From: Candidatus Bathyarchaeota archaeon
GTDB lineage: Archaea; Thermoproteota; Bathyarchaeia; Bathyarchaeales; Bathycorpusculaceae
DNA length: 64,000 bases
Direction: 5' to 3'
Assembly: GCA_963806535.1 (NCBI GenBank)
Contig: CAWDYC010000004.1
Span: 523,896-587,895, forward strand
The notes beneath the pieces are model-generated. The model had not been told where the DNA came from, made no database searches, and saw nothing but the letters and a program-made list of their open reading frames with translations. A program made the position numbers and the translations under genes. Below, piece after piece: positions 33,801 through 44,591 of the stretch; position 1 is the stretch's first letter, and the number at the start of each line of letters is the position of its first letter.

Positions 33801-35984
33801 CTAAATGTGAAATACTCCTACAAGGAGCATGTCTATTAGTTTGATTCCGATAAAGGGCACGATAACTCCGCCTACACCGTAAATTAAGGTGTTCTTGAGG
33901 AAAAGCGTCATTGTGCTGGTAGGTTTGAAGGCGATGCCACGCATAGCGAGCGGAATCAGAAGCGGAATGATTATCGCGTTAAAGATGAGAGCTGACAACA
34001 CAGCACTCTTAAGACCCAATTGTAAGATGTTGAGACTGCTCAGCTGTGGAAGGGCAACTGCAAAGATAACTGGCATGATTGCAAAGTATTTTGATATATC
34101 GTTGGCGATGCTGAAAGCTGTAACTGCGCCTCTCGTCATAAGCAGTTGCTTGCCCAACATAACAACGTCAATTATTTTTGCTGGGTTTGATTCCAAATCC
34201 ACCATGTTGGCGGCTTCTTTTGCTGCTTCAGTGCCAGAGTTCATTGCTAAACCAACATCTGCAGCGGAAAGTGCTGGCGCATCGTTGGTTCCGTCGCCGA
34301 TCATGGCTACGATTCTGTTTTCAGCCTGTTCTCTCTTAGCTATCTTGTATTTGTCTTCAGGTTTAGCCTGAGCAACGTACTCGTCAATTCCAACCTCGGA
34401 AGCTATACTTTTTGCAGTAAGCGGCTGGTCTCCTGTAATCATGACAGGACGGATTCCCATGACCTTAAGCGCTTGAATCTTTTCCTTTATGCCTACTTTG
34501 AGGACATCTTTCAGTCTAATGATTCCGATGGCTTTGCCATTTACTGAGATGGCTATCGGAGTTTCTCCCGCTGAAGAAATGCCTTCAACTATTAGGTCAT
34601 AGTTTTGGGGAACCGAAGATGACAATTGTTTGATTGACTCCGGAGCACCCTTTGAGAACATCGATCTGAGGTTCAAAAGGTGAAGCCATCGATTCATCCA
34701 GAGACTGAGGAAGTTTTTCTCCTCATTCTCTGCCTTTGGAAAATGACTTTGCCTCCTTTTGGAAGCGTCAAATTTGATTGAGTAGTTACCTTAACTCCGC
34801 TTGTTCGAGTACTAGCAGAGAATGGAAAAACTTCTGAAGTTGCAAGGGAGTTTAGTTCTTTTGGTACGAACCCTTTTTCGTAGGCAAGTCTTAGTATGCT
34901 TCGTCCTTCAGGGGTATCATCATGCCAAGAGGATAAGAATGCCGCTTCGCCGACGTCTTCTTCTGTATATGGTTCAAACGCTATGAACTCTATGGCTTGA
35001 CGGTTGCCAACGGTAATTGTGCCTGTCTTATCTAAGAGAACAACATCAGTGTCTCCTGCAGTTTCTATTGCTCTGACCTGATTTTGCTACGATTTTGTTT
35101 TTGTAGAGTCGAGTTATGCCTGAGAGGCCGATGGCAGGTAGCAAGGCACCTATGGTTGTGGGAAGAAGGCAAACGTATAATGCGATCAGCACTGAGAGGT
35201 CTGCTCCAAGGCCAAGCGTCACTGATGTGCCCAGCAATGCAAGTATGATTATGGTGAATATGGCGGTTAAGCCAATCAGCACCATGGTTATGGCTACTTC
35301 GTTTGGAGTCTTTGGTCGCTTGGAGGATTCCACCATCTTTATCATTTGGTCGATGAAGGTTTCGCCTGGGTTAGTTGTAATCTTCGCTGTTAAGGTGTCG
35401 CTGGCAAGACGTGAGCCGCCGATCAGGGAGTCTCCAGGTGCCTTCCTGACTGGAGCTGATTCACCTGTGACAAGGGACTCGTCAACCATTGCAATTCCCT
35501 CGATTACGTCTGCGTCTAAGGGGACAATGTCGCCTGCTTCAATGAGGACAAGGTCATCTTTTCTAAGTTCAGTTGATTTCACAGTCACTATCTTTCTGGT
35601 CCAGCCTTCGGTGATGATTTTCTTGCTTTCCACTTCTTTTTCCATTTTCCTGAGGCTTCCAGCAGTGCTTTTTGCTTGTTGCTCAGCAAGTGCATCTGAA
35701 AGTGTGCTAAACCAGACTGTGACGATGAGGATGATAGCGACTTCAATGTAGAAAACTTGTAAGCTGGGGCTAGCCACTGGGACGAATGCTTGTGGAGCTA
35801 TAGCCATCGCGGCTACGATGAAGAAGGTAAGTTCAACGATCAGCATTACTGGGTTTTTTAGTAGCGATTTGGGATTTAGACGGACCACTGAGTCAACTAG
35901 CACTTTTCTTGAGAAAACCGTGCGAAATCCAGTGGGCGCCGATTCTTTGCTAGTTTCTGAATTTACTAGTTTTTCGTTGATCAA
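33801..35984 (-). CDS. kdpB: K+-transporting ATPase subunit B, P-type (frameshifted)
   Basis: [68 protein letters not shown]. Confidence 0.95.
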
Positions 35985-37666
35985 AAGCCATTCACCAACC
36001 CTTTAAAGAATGATGCTATTGGTCCGATTGCTAAGAATGGGAAGAATGTTAAAACTACCAGTATTATGATGGCAGCAATCAAGACTATCGTGAATATTAA
36101 TGTGTCAGTTTTTAGACCCGAAGTTGTTCCGCCGCGTTTTCGACCAATCATTGAACCTGAAAGCGCCAATAATATTGCTATGGGAGCGTAACGTCCAATA
36201 AGAATCACAATGGCGGTTGCTATGTTGAAGAACGGCGTGTTTCCTGAGGCACCTAAGAAGTCAGAGCCGTTGTTCGCGGCTGAGCTGGTAAATTCCCAGA
36301 GAATCTGCGTGTAACCAACAGAGTTTCCACCCACGCCTATCGCCGAGACTGCACCTGACGCGTATGCTACTACAGTAGGAATAAGTATTATGAGTGGATG
36401 AATGAGAAACGCAACCATTACAAGTTTAACGTCGCGCCCTGTGATTTTCATTCCTAAATATTCAGGGGTTCTTCCCGACATTAGTCCAACGATGAAGACT
36501 GTTATTATTATGTACATAATCATGTACATCATGCCTACTCCTTTGCCGCCTGGGATTGACTGAATGAACATTCCCAAGAATCCAGAAAGAATTGCAAGAG
36601 GATGGTTTCCCAGCAAACCCGAGTTCACCGAGCCTGTTGTTGCAACTGTTGTTGTCACAGTATAGAAACTGCTCATGAAGCCGCCGAATCTGACTTCTAT
36701 GCCTGGAGCTATCAAGGGCAGAGCAGGAATAAACGCAATTACTAGATTAATTCCAAAGAGAATATATGCACCCCATAAAAGCGGTCTTGACTCACTTTTT
36801 TTGCCAATCATTTGTCCAAACACAAAGATTAACGCGGTAGGAATCAGAAGCATCAGCGAAATCATAAGAGATGTTAGTGATTGGCGAAGGATTCATGAAT
36901 GGGTAAGCAGCGTTTGCGCCGTAATATCCGCCGCCGTTGGTGCCTATTTGCATTATAGCGTCAAGAGAAGCTACTGGTCCAACTAGAATTGTTTGCGCAG
37001 CGCCTTCTATGGTTTTTACTGTTGTGTAGCCATTGAGTGTTTGAGGTACCCCTAAGGCAAGAAATATGATTGAGGCAATTATGCAAAGTGGCAAGAAAAT
37101 TCTCGTGAGTGCTCGAGTAAAGTCAACATAGAAGTTGCCCATGTCTTTTGAGCCAACGACTAATCCTCGTATAAATGCGATGCCCATGCATAGTCCTGTT
37201 ATTGCCGAGGTAAATTGAAGCCATTGTATAACACCGATTTGACTAAGATATGAAAGAGTGATTTCGCCATTATAATGTTGTAGGTTTGTGTTTGTCACAA
37301 ACGAAGCTACGGTATTAAAAGCGAGGTCTGGTTTGACGCCAGCAGAAACCCATTGGATTAAGCGGCAAATTGTCTTGGAAAATCAAGTATAAAAAAGCCG
37401 ATAACCATCATTACAATGTTTAGCAACAATCCAGCGAGAAAGTACTGCTTCCAACCCATCGTCTGTTCTGAGTTTACGCCTGTGATTTTGTAGATGAATT
37501 TCTCGATTGGATTAAATATTTTGTCTAAACGGCTTGGTTTACGCTTAAAGACTCCAGTAATATATGGTGCTATTAGCCAAGCTAAGAGTACGGTTACTCC
37601 AAGTATAATGATGACTGATAGCGCCTGAACTGCATCGATCAATTATTCCGAGACTCCTAAAGACAT
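35981..37666 (-). CDS. kdpA: K+-transporting ATPase subunit A (frameshifted)
   Basis: FVTNTNLQHY.GE, QIGTNGGGYYGAN.A.PF.NP, TTGSVN, GRTPEYLG, SAANNGS. Confidence 0.93.
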
Positions 37667-37684
37667 TTGTGCTCACTATTGCTC

Positions 37685-37981
37685 CTACCCCAATTTAGTG
37701 GCTGATTTAATACTGGTTTTTTCTAGGCACCTGCGTCCTTTACATGTGTGCAATATTATAGTGGTTATGGTGCTTTTTACACCCTTTATTTTCATGATTT
37801 GCTTTTGCAAAATATCGCGGAATTCTTCAATTGTGGACGTAGAAATTAGGGTGACGATGTCATATTCGCCTGCGACTTCGTAGACTTCTTCGATGTCCTT
37901 AAGCTTTGAAAGGGCCGCCAATACATTAGCTTTTTGTTTCGATTCAACGAAAATGTTAACTGAGGCTAAAAATCTCTGCAT
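37685..37981 (-). CDS. Stand-alone Lrp/AsnC ligand-binding (RAM) domain protein directly upstream of kdpA
   Basis: ASVNIFVE, IEEVYEVAGEYDIV, KIKGVKSTIT; no HTH. Confidence 0.88.
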   Translation of the reverse strand: MQRFLASVNIFVESKQKANVLAALSKLKDIEEVYEVAGEYDIVTLISTSTIEEFRDILQKQIMKIKGVKSTITTIILHTCKGRRCLEKTSIKSATKLG

Positions 37982-38414
37982 TTTACGCTCTCTCCACCGT
38001 AAATGTGAACTTGGAATTGTTAATTGGCAAGTAGCTTACATTACAATCAGCCAACAAAATACAATGCATACAAACGACATACAACTTTATCATAATTATC
38101 TGAAGTCCAAAAGCTCTAAGGAACCTCTTCTGGTTCCTTTCTCATGTTGTCAAAGAAGGCAAGATTACAGATTCCTCTGTTTTCGCTTCGGGAAACAATA
38201 CTTTCTAGATATTGCAATTATTGGTCGCCTTTCTCCCTTTTGACTTAGTCATATCGGCGCTTTTATATAAGGTTAATTGTGAATGGTTGTGATTTGTTCA
38301 CATATTTTAGTAATTTCTGGACTATTTTGCAGAAAAATTTAGAATAACTGAAAACGCATTCTTTTTCTAAGTGTTTGCAGACTCTCGAAGTAAGAGGGTG
38401 AGTAAAAAGAAAAG

Positions 38415-40088
38415 TTATTGTTTATTGTTTTCGTTCAATGTTTGCTTGTGTATTTTGACGGATCTGCCTGATGGATCAGCCATTTTGGCAAATTCTTTGC
38501 TCCATCTAAAAGCTGTTGGAGTGGAACAGGCAATTGTTGGACCAACAGGAACAGTTAATGCGGCAGTAGGACATGTGAAGTAGTTGTCAAATATCTGCCT
38601 ATAGTAATACTCCTCTTTTGACGATGGAGTCTGCACTGGGAACTTACTTTTTGTTTTCTTCATCATTTCATCGGTGACTGCGCTTTCGACGTATTTTTTG
38701 AGGTAATCTATCCATCCGTAACCAACACCGTCAGAGAACTGCTCTTTTTGTCTCCAAAGAATCTCGTCAGGAATATAACCTTCAAACGCTTTTCGCAGCA
38801 CGTACTTTTCGATTTTGTCACCTGAGCACATCTTCTCTTGAGGATCAAAGCCCATGGCAAAGTCCAAAAACTCCTTATCCAAAAACGGCACTCGGGTTTC
38901 AACGCCCCAAGCGGCAGTTGCTTTGTTTGCTCTCAGGCAATCGTATTTGCTTAGCATGAATAGTTTTCTTACGGTTTCTTGGTAAAATTCCTGTTTATTT
39001 GGTGCTTTGTGGAAATACAAGTAGCCGCCAAACACTTCGTCTGCCCCCTCGCCTGATAACACCATTTTGATGCCCATTGACTTTATTTTTCTAGCCATCA
39101 AATACATGGGAGTAGCGGCTCGAACTGTTGTGATGTCAAATGTTTCTAAATGGTAAATGACGTCTTGTATGGCGTCGAAGCCTTCTTGTATGGTGAATAT
39201 TATCTCATGATGAACGGTTCCGATGTGATCGGCAACTTTTTTGGCGTATTTTAAATCAGGCGAATCCACTAAACCTACAGCGAAAGAGTGTAAACGGGGC
39301 CACCACGCTTCTTCTTTGTCGCCGGATTCCACCCTTTTTTTCCTGTATTTGGAAGCTATTGCCGCTATTAAGGAAGAATCCAAGCCGCCTGAGATAAGAA
39401 CTCCGTAGGGAACATCTGACATCATTTGACCTTTAACGGATTTCTCTAATGCTTTTTTTAAGTCGGAAAGTATAAGTTTTTTAGTTGGAATTTTTTCTGC
39501 CCACTCAGGTTTATACCATTTAATAAAATCTTTTCCATTGCTCCCAAGATAGTGTCCTGGGGGAAATTCTTTGACATCTGTGCAATGGTCGTTTAGGGCT
39601 TTCATTTCGCTTGCTACGTAAAATGTTCCTTTTTCATCCCAACCCACATAAAGTGGAATAATGCCGATGTGGTCTCTGGCAATGAAATACTGCGCTTTTT
39701 TCTTATTGTAAAGGATGAAGGCAAACATGCCGTTTAACATATTTAAGAAGTCTGGACCGTACTCGTCGTAAAGATACAGAATTACTTCGCAGTCCGACTT
39801 TGTCTGCCATAAATGCTCGTTTTTAAGTTCTTTTCGCAGAAGTAGGTGGTTGTAGATTTCTCCGTTTACGGCAAGGACGTTGCCATTGAGCTTGTCAAAC
39901 AGGGGTTGTGCACCATGCTCAACATCAACGATGGAGAGTCTTTCATGGGCAAGAATTGCTTTATCGTCACTGTAAATTCCGCTCCAATCGGGACCTCTGT
40001 GCCTTACTTTGCAAGCCATCTTGAGTGCTTTGTCCCGTGCTTTGGGTACTGGTTCAACTATGTTGAAAATTCCAACTATTCCACACAT
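38415..40088 (-). CDS. asnB: Asparagine synthetase B (glutamine-hydrolysing)
   Basis: N-terminal MCGI, HRGPDWSG, HERLSIVD, NGEIYNH, SGGLDSS, SGEGADE.FGGY, WRQKEQFSDGVG. Confidence 0.96.
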   Translation of the reverse strand: MCGIVGIFNIVEPVPKARDKALKMACKVRHRGPDWSGIYSDDKAILAHERLSIVDVEHGAQPLFDKLNGNVLAVNGEIYNHLLLRKELKNEHLWQTKSDCEVILYLYDEYGPDFLNMLNGMFAFILYNKKKAQYFIARDHIGIIPLYVGWDEKGTFYVASEMKALNDHCTDVKEFPPGHYLGSNGKDFIKWYKPEWAEKIPTKKLILSDLKKALEKSVKGQMMSDVPYGVLISGGLDSSLIAAIASKYRKKRVESGDKEEAWWPRLHSFAVGLVDSPDLKYAKKVADHIGTVHHEIIFTIQEGFDAIQDVIYHLETFDITTVRAATPMYLMARKIKSMGIKMVLSGEGADEVFGGYLYFHKAPNKQEFYQETVRKLFMLSKYDCLRANKATAAWGVETRVPFLDKEFLDFAMGFDPQEKMCSGDKIEKYVLRKAFEGYIPDEILWRQKEQFSDGVGYGWIDYLKKYVESAVTDEMMKKTKSKFPVQTPSSKEEYYYRQIFDNYFTCPTAALTVPVGPTIACSTPTAFRWSKEFAKMADPSGRSVKIHKQTLNENNKQ

Positions 40089-40148
40089 AATTTGTTCATC
40101 CAAATATTAGGAAAATTCTATTTTAAGATAACCCTATAAAAAAGGGTT

Positions 40149-41129
40149 TTATATTGGGTAGTTTCCACATACTTTGCAGAAACCCAGTTTAGTTTCTAAG
40201 TAGCTTTTGCATTTTGGGCACTGTTTTCCTACTTCATCTTTGTATATGTCCGATGGTTTTCCTAGGTGTTTTCTGAAGAATTCATAGTAAAGCATTTGTT
40301 CTTTGGATGTAATGATAACCTCGTCTTGCTCTAAGACCTCTTTTACTCTCTCATCAAACGCTTTATCAGAAATTTCTTTGCCAAAATAATCTGTAAGAAC
40401 TGTTGTGCCTGTTCCCTGTTCCAGAGGTGCTTTAGGACGCCAAATCACATCTTTCGGAATCAAGTCTTCATATGCTTTGCGAAGTACCCATTTGCTGTAT
40501 TTTACGCCGTTTTCTTCATTGATCTTTAGTTTGTTCGGCAGCTTCTTTGCGTAATCCATGAATAATGGGTCAAGGAAAGGAGGCTTAACTTCAACGCCTA
40601 ATGCTTTGCCCATTGGAATTGAAGAAAACCCCATGTCATCCCACATATCGTTGAATTTCTTCGTGAGGTCAGCATCTGATAAACGCCACATCCAAGGATA
40701 ACCGAATAATTCATCTACCCCGTCTCCTGTGAAAACAGATTTCAATCCCTCTTTCTTTGCAATCGTCAAGCCAATATAGACTGAAACGCAGTTTCGTATT
40801 TCCATAGGGTCAAAAATCTTGAGTATTTGCACTATTTTTTCGGCTGATGTAACTACGTCTTCACGGTCAAAAACATGAAATTGATGGTTAAGCCTCAGAA
40901 AGGCCACCATTGTTTTCACGTATTCTGTATCTTTAGGTTGGCCATGCTTGAAAGACATGGTTAATGCCGGTAAGTTTCGCTTGTATTTGGCAGCGTGGTA
41001 GGCAATTATGCTTGTATCGACTCCGGCGGAAAATAGAATTCCTTCTGCCATGTTTTTCTGGACAACTTTGTCTGTTAAAGCTCGTATTTCAGGTAGCAGT
41101 TTTTCGTATTCTGATTTTTCGGGTGACAT
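40149..41129 (-). CDS. Asparagine synthase-related protein (synthetase domain only) with C-terminal Zn ribbon
   Basis: FSAGVDTS, TGDGVDELFGY, PFLD, KWVLRKAYE, WRPKAP; CPKC...CKVCG; no Ntn glutaminase domain. Confidence 0.85.
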   Translation of the reverse strand: MSPEKSEYEKLLPEIRALTDKVVQKNMAEGILFSAGVDTSIIAYHAAKYKRNLPALTMSFKHGQPKDTEYVKTMVAFLRLNHQFHVFDREDVVTSAEKIVQILKIFDPMEIRNCVSVYIGLTIAKKEGLKSVFTGDGVDELFGYPWMWRLSDADLTKKFNDMWDDMGFSSIPMGKALGVEVKPPFLDPLFMDYAKKLPNKLKINEENGVKYSKWVLRKAYEDLIPKDVIWRPKAPLEQGTGTTVLTDYFGKEISDKAFDERVKEVLEQDEVIITSKEQMLYYEFFRKHLGKPSDIYKDEVGKQCPKCKSYLETKLGFCKVCGNYPI

Positions 41130-41157
41130 TTTTAGTCCGGCCTTTTGAGTTATTGGT

Positions 41158-42624
41158 TTAGTAGTCGAGGTATTTCATTATTTCCCATGGTGACACGTAG
41201 AGGCAGTACTGGTTCCAATCATTGGTTTTAAGGTCGACAAATGCATCGAAAATGTGGCTTCCAAGCGTTCGCTGTAGCACTTCATCGGTTTTGAGTTCAT
41301 CTAAGGATTCTTTTAGCGTTGTAGGCAACTCTTTTATACCAAGCTCTTTGCGCTTTCTAGCAGAGAGTTTGTAAACGTCTTCGTCAACAGGGTCGCCAGG
41401 ATCAAGTTTCTTCTTAACACCATCTAGCCCAGCTGCTAAAAGACACGCAAACGCCAGGTACGGGTTGGCTGATGGATCGGCACCTCGATATTCGACACGT
41501 TTTTGAGCGGCAAATTCTGGTCCTTTATAATACAGTGGTACGCGGACTAAAGCGGAGCGGTTGCGTCGAGACCATAGTACGTAGATTGGAGCTTCGAAAC
41601 CAGGCACTAACCGTTTGTAGGAGCTTACGGTTGGACAACAAACGGCTGTTAGAGCTCGGGCGTGTTCAAGTAATCCACCAATATAGTATCTGCCGATTTG
41701 GCTCAGTTCAGCGTAGTCGTCAGCTTCATCATACATGGCAGTTTTTCCACCTGACCAAATCGATTGATGAACATGCATGCCGCTGGCGTTGTCTAAATAG
41801 ATCGGCTTAGGCATGAATGTAGCTATTAATCCGCGATTGTGAGCTATGTTCTTTGCAACGAATTTATAGTAAAGCGCTTTGTCTGCAGTTTCCACAAGTG
41901 GACCATATTTGTAGTCAATTTCTACTTGACCGACTGTAGCTACTTCGTGGTGATGTTTCTCGATGGTTAAGCCAAAGTTGTCTTCTAGAACTTGGCAAAC
42001 TTCGTTTCTGAATTCAACAGTAGTGTCTTCTGGTGGGGTTCGGTAGTATGCTTCTTTGGGTCGCATGACAAATCCGCCTGGAGTGATTTCTGGCGAGTTT
42101 GGTACGACTCTCGGTGCTCCCCATGCGTCTCCTTCACCGCTTCTTGGGGCAGCCCAAAGATCCCACGTGAGTTTAGTTGGATCGATTGAAGTGAAGACGA
42201 AGAATTCAAGTTCTGGAGCGAAGAATCCGCTGTAACCCATGGCTTTGGCTTCTGCGACGGCTCTTTTTGCAACGAAGCTTCTTGGATCAACAACAGAGGG
42301 TTCTTTGCCTCCGTAGGCTTCAAAGACATCACCGAGAATTATTGCGCTTTTTTGTTTTTCATCAGTTACCCATGGCATTATTGATAGTGTTTTTGGGTCA
42401 GGCATGTAAATCATGTCTGATTCTTCGATGGATTTGAAGCCTCTAACAGATGAACCGTCAAAACCTATTCCTGCAGTGAATGCTTCGCTACTAAGATAAT
42501 CTCTTGCTGGAAGAACCATATCTTGCAATATTCCTCTAATGTCAACGAAGGCAGAGTGCACCCACCTAATATTGTTGGTTTTAAGGAGCTCTGTGGCTTT
42601 ACTTATTGACTCTTTTTTTTCCAT
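41158..42624 (-). CDS. glnA: Glutamine synthetase type I
   Basis: FDGSSV.GF..IEESDM, PELEFF, HHHEVA..GQ.EI, ATFMPKP...NASGMHVHQS, SYKRLVPGFEAP, NRSA, EYRGADPSANPYL. Confidence 0.96.
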   Translation of the reverse strand: MEKKESISKATELLKTNNIRWVHSAFVDIRGILQDMVLPARDYLSSEAFTAGIGFDGSSVRGFKSIEESDMIYMPDPKTLSIMPWVTDEKQKSAIILGDVFEAYGGKEPSVVDPRSFVAKRAVAEAKAMGYSGFFAPELEFFVFTSIDPTKLTWDLWAAPRSGEGDAWGAPRVVPNSPEITPGGFVMRPKEAYYRTPPEDTTVEFRNEVCQVLEDNFGLTIEKHHHEVATVGQVEIDYKYGPLVETADKALYYKFVAKNIAHNRGLIATFMPKPIYLDNASGMHVHQSIWSGGKTAMYDEADDYAELSQIGRYYIGGLLEHARALTAVCCPTVSSYKRLVPGFEAPIYVLWSRRNRSALVRVPLYYKGPEFAAQKRVEYRGADPSANPYLAFACLLAAGLDGVKKKLDPGDPVDEDVYKLSARKRKELGIKELPTTLKESLDELKTDEVLQRTLGSHIFDAFVDLKTNDWNQYCLYVSPWEIMKYLDY

Positions 42625-42693
42625 ACAATTCACCTATTAATTGATTGTTTACCAAATTGAACCGTGATCAAATTTAAACGTAGTTGAGATTTG

Positions 42694-42710
42694 TTCATAA
42701 AATTTATGAA
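42694..42710. promoter_or_regulatory. Palindromic operator TTCATAA-N3-TTATGAA upstream of the glnA TATA box
   Basis: Perfect 7-bp arms; same motif at the same distance from TATA at 44592-44608. Confidence 0.8.
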
Positions 42711-42906
42711 AACATGAAAATTTTTTGAATAAAACAGGGACTAACTGAATATTTGGCTTGAATATGACAATAACTAGTAACATTTGATTTTTATATTTTT
42801 TAATTTGGGCACGTTTTGAATGAAATTGGACTAAAGAAAAAAAATAGAAAGAATTTTGGGGATGAAGCTAGCCAACTGTTGAACTAGCAGGGCGCGTATC
42901 AAACCT

Positions 42907-44418
42907 CTATTTCTCTTTGCCACCTGGGAAGGGAAGTATACGTGATTCTTTGCTTCGTGAGTTTAGAGCAAAATATCCGAATCCAATTGCCATCCATATA
43001 GCCGTTATGACTAATGCCATTAGTGCTGCCGTTTGCGTGCTGCCTCCACCTATCACACCGAGCCAGACCACCGTAATTAGCATTACAACGTTAGCTGCAA
43101 AGCCTGCGATGGGAACGATGTATTTGGTGAGGATTGAGCGTTTTTCTCGAGCCAGAGCATAGAGTGCTACAATGCAAGTGACACCGTAAAGCAAGAATGT
43201 TCCAAAGTTGGATAGCAAAGTCATAGCAGTGAGGTTTGTCAGTGACAGGACACCGAATGCACCAATTCCAGCTGTAACTATAGTCATCACCCACACTCCG
43301 ATGGCTGGAGTACCATATCTTGGGTTAAGTTTTCCGAGTGGTTCTGGGACCTCAGTGTCACGGCTGATAGCATATGTTACTCTTACACCTGTGTTCATGC
43401 AGGATAGTGTTGTGCCCAATATTGCTGTTGCAACGATTGCTGCGACGACAATCATGACGATGAAGCCGCCTCCGCCAAACAATCCGTTAACCGACTGGAT
43501 AATCATGTCGCCTATGGGCGAGTTGGAAGCTGCTGCCGCTGCAAATGAGTAGTGTGAGTTCATCCATGCCTGTACTCCATAAAATCCTAGTAAATAGCAG
43601 AAGGCGCCTTGAATTACGAGTGAGAGCATAATTGCCTTTGGTACATCTTTGGGGTTTTTCGCTTCACCAGTAAACGCAGTTACAGATTCAAAGCCGACTA
43701 GAACAAGTATGGCGATGGTTGCCTGAAAAAGCATGTGACTTGCACTGCTTGGTATGAGAGGGCCGGCAGGGTTCGCGAAGGTATACGTCAAATGATCAGG
43801 GTTTATGAAGCGATAGGCAAGTGCAATAGCTGTTACGCCGACTAGCATTCCGATTTGCGCTATGTTGATCATAAGGTTTGTTCGAGTGGAGCCATTGATT
43901 CCTCGGAAAGCTATGAAACCTACAAGAACAGCAAATGCAACTACGATTGCAACTTCAGTTAACGGAGATATTACGATGCCGACTGTCGACAGAATGTATG
44001 TTACGAAGAAGCCCATCATTCCCACCATAACTCCTGGGTAGACCCAGTAGTAGAGGTGTGAAAGCCAGCCAACCAGGAATTTTGCGTTTCGAGCTGTTTT
44101 GTTGCTGCTGCCTCTGTCAAGCAAAGCGCGTTGAGCAAAGTAGTATGAGCTGCCTGCGCCAGCATCAGGATAACGCCGAGATAACCATGAATAGGCAGCG
44201 GCTGTTAAGAAAGACAATACTAGTGCTAAGGCTAGACCTGTCCATATGTCTGGAGCTGTTGAAACTCCTGAGGGGTCTACCTGGGCAGCTTGTAATTGGA
44301 AAGTGAGCCAGAGAAATGCGCCTGGAGCGATTAATGCCATGGCGTTGATGGTTAAGCCTGAGAGGCTTAGGGTTTTCTTCATCTCGGTTGCGGGAGCGTT
44401 TTGTTGGTTAGTGGCCAT
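42907..44418 (-). CDS. APC family amino acid/polyamine permease
   Basis: ~12 TM; ALIAPGAF, AGSSY, GFES.TAF.GEAKNP. Confidence 0.9.
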   Translation of the reverse strand: MATNQQNAPATEMKKTLSLSGLTINAMALIAPGAFLWLTFQLQAAQVDPSGVSTAPDIWTGLALALVLSFLTAAAYSWLSRRYPDAGAGSSYYFAQRALLDRGSSNKTARNAKFLVGWLSHLYYWVYPGVMVGMMGFFVTYILSTVGIVISPLTEVAIVVAFAVLVGFIAFRGINGSTRTNLMINIAQIGMLVGVTAIALAYRFINPDHLTYTFANPAGPLIPSSASHMLFQATIAILVLVGFESVTAFTGEAKNPKDVPKAIMLSLVIQGAFCYLLGFYGVQAWMNSHYSFAAAAASNSPIGDMIIQSVNGLFGGGGFIVMIVVAAIVATAILGTTLSCMNTGVRVTYAISRDTEVPEPLGKLNPRYGTPAIGVWVMTIVTAGIGAFGVLSLTNLTAMTLLSNFGTFLLYGVTCIVALYALAREKRSILTKYIVPIAGFAANVVMLITVVWLGVIGGGSTQTAALMALVITAIWMAIGFGYFALNSRSKESRILPFPGGKEK

Positions 44419-44526
44419 TTAATCTGCCCCCGCGATTCTTTTGTAAAAGATGCTGTGTGGTTGTCCTTGAGCGTCCATGATAATCAGTTCTTCAATGTTT
44501 CTTCTAAGTTTTGAAGTTTTTTTCAA
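44419..44526 (-). CDS. Possible 35-aa leader ORF coupled to the APC permease
   Basis: TTG start after GGTG; MKKTSKLRRNIEELIIMDAQGQPHSIFYKRIAGAD*; its TAA abuts the permease ATG. Confidence 0.35.
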   Translation of the reverse strand: MKKTSKLRRNIEELIIMDAQGQPHSIFYKRIAGAD

Positions 44527-44591
44527 TAGTAACACCAATTTAATGTTCTGGATTAATATGTTCAGTTAAATATAAATATAGTTAATATTTG

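Noticed and set aside
33889-35751. Long plus-strand ORFs (160 and 211 aa) opposite kdpB, and similar antisense ORFs elsewhere
   Set aside because: They lie entirely opposite well-supported genes and show no motifs
37990-38250. c-di-AMP (ydaO) riboswitch in the kdp leader
   Set aside because: The characteristic conserved segments are not recognisable by eye; cmscan would be needed
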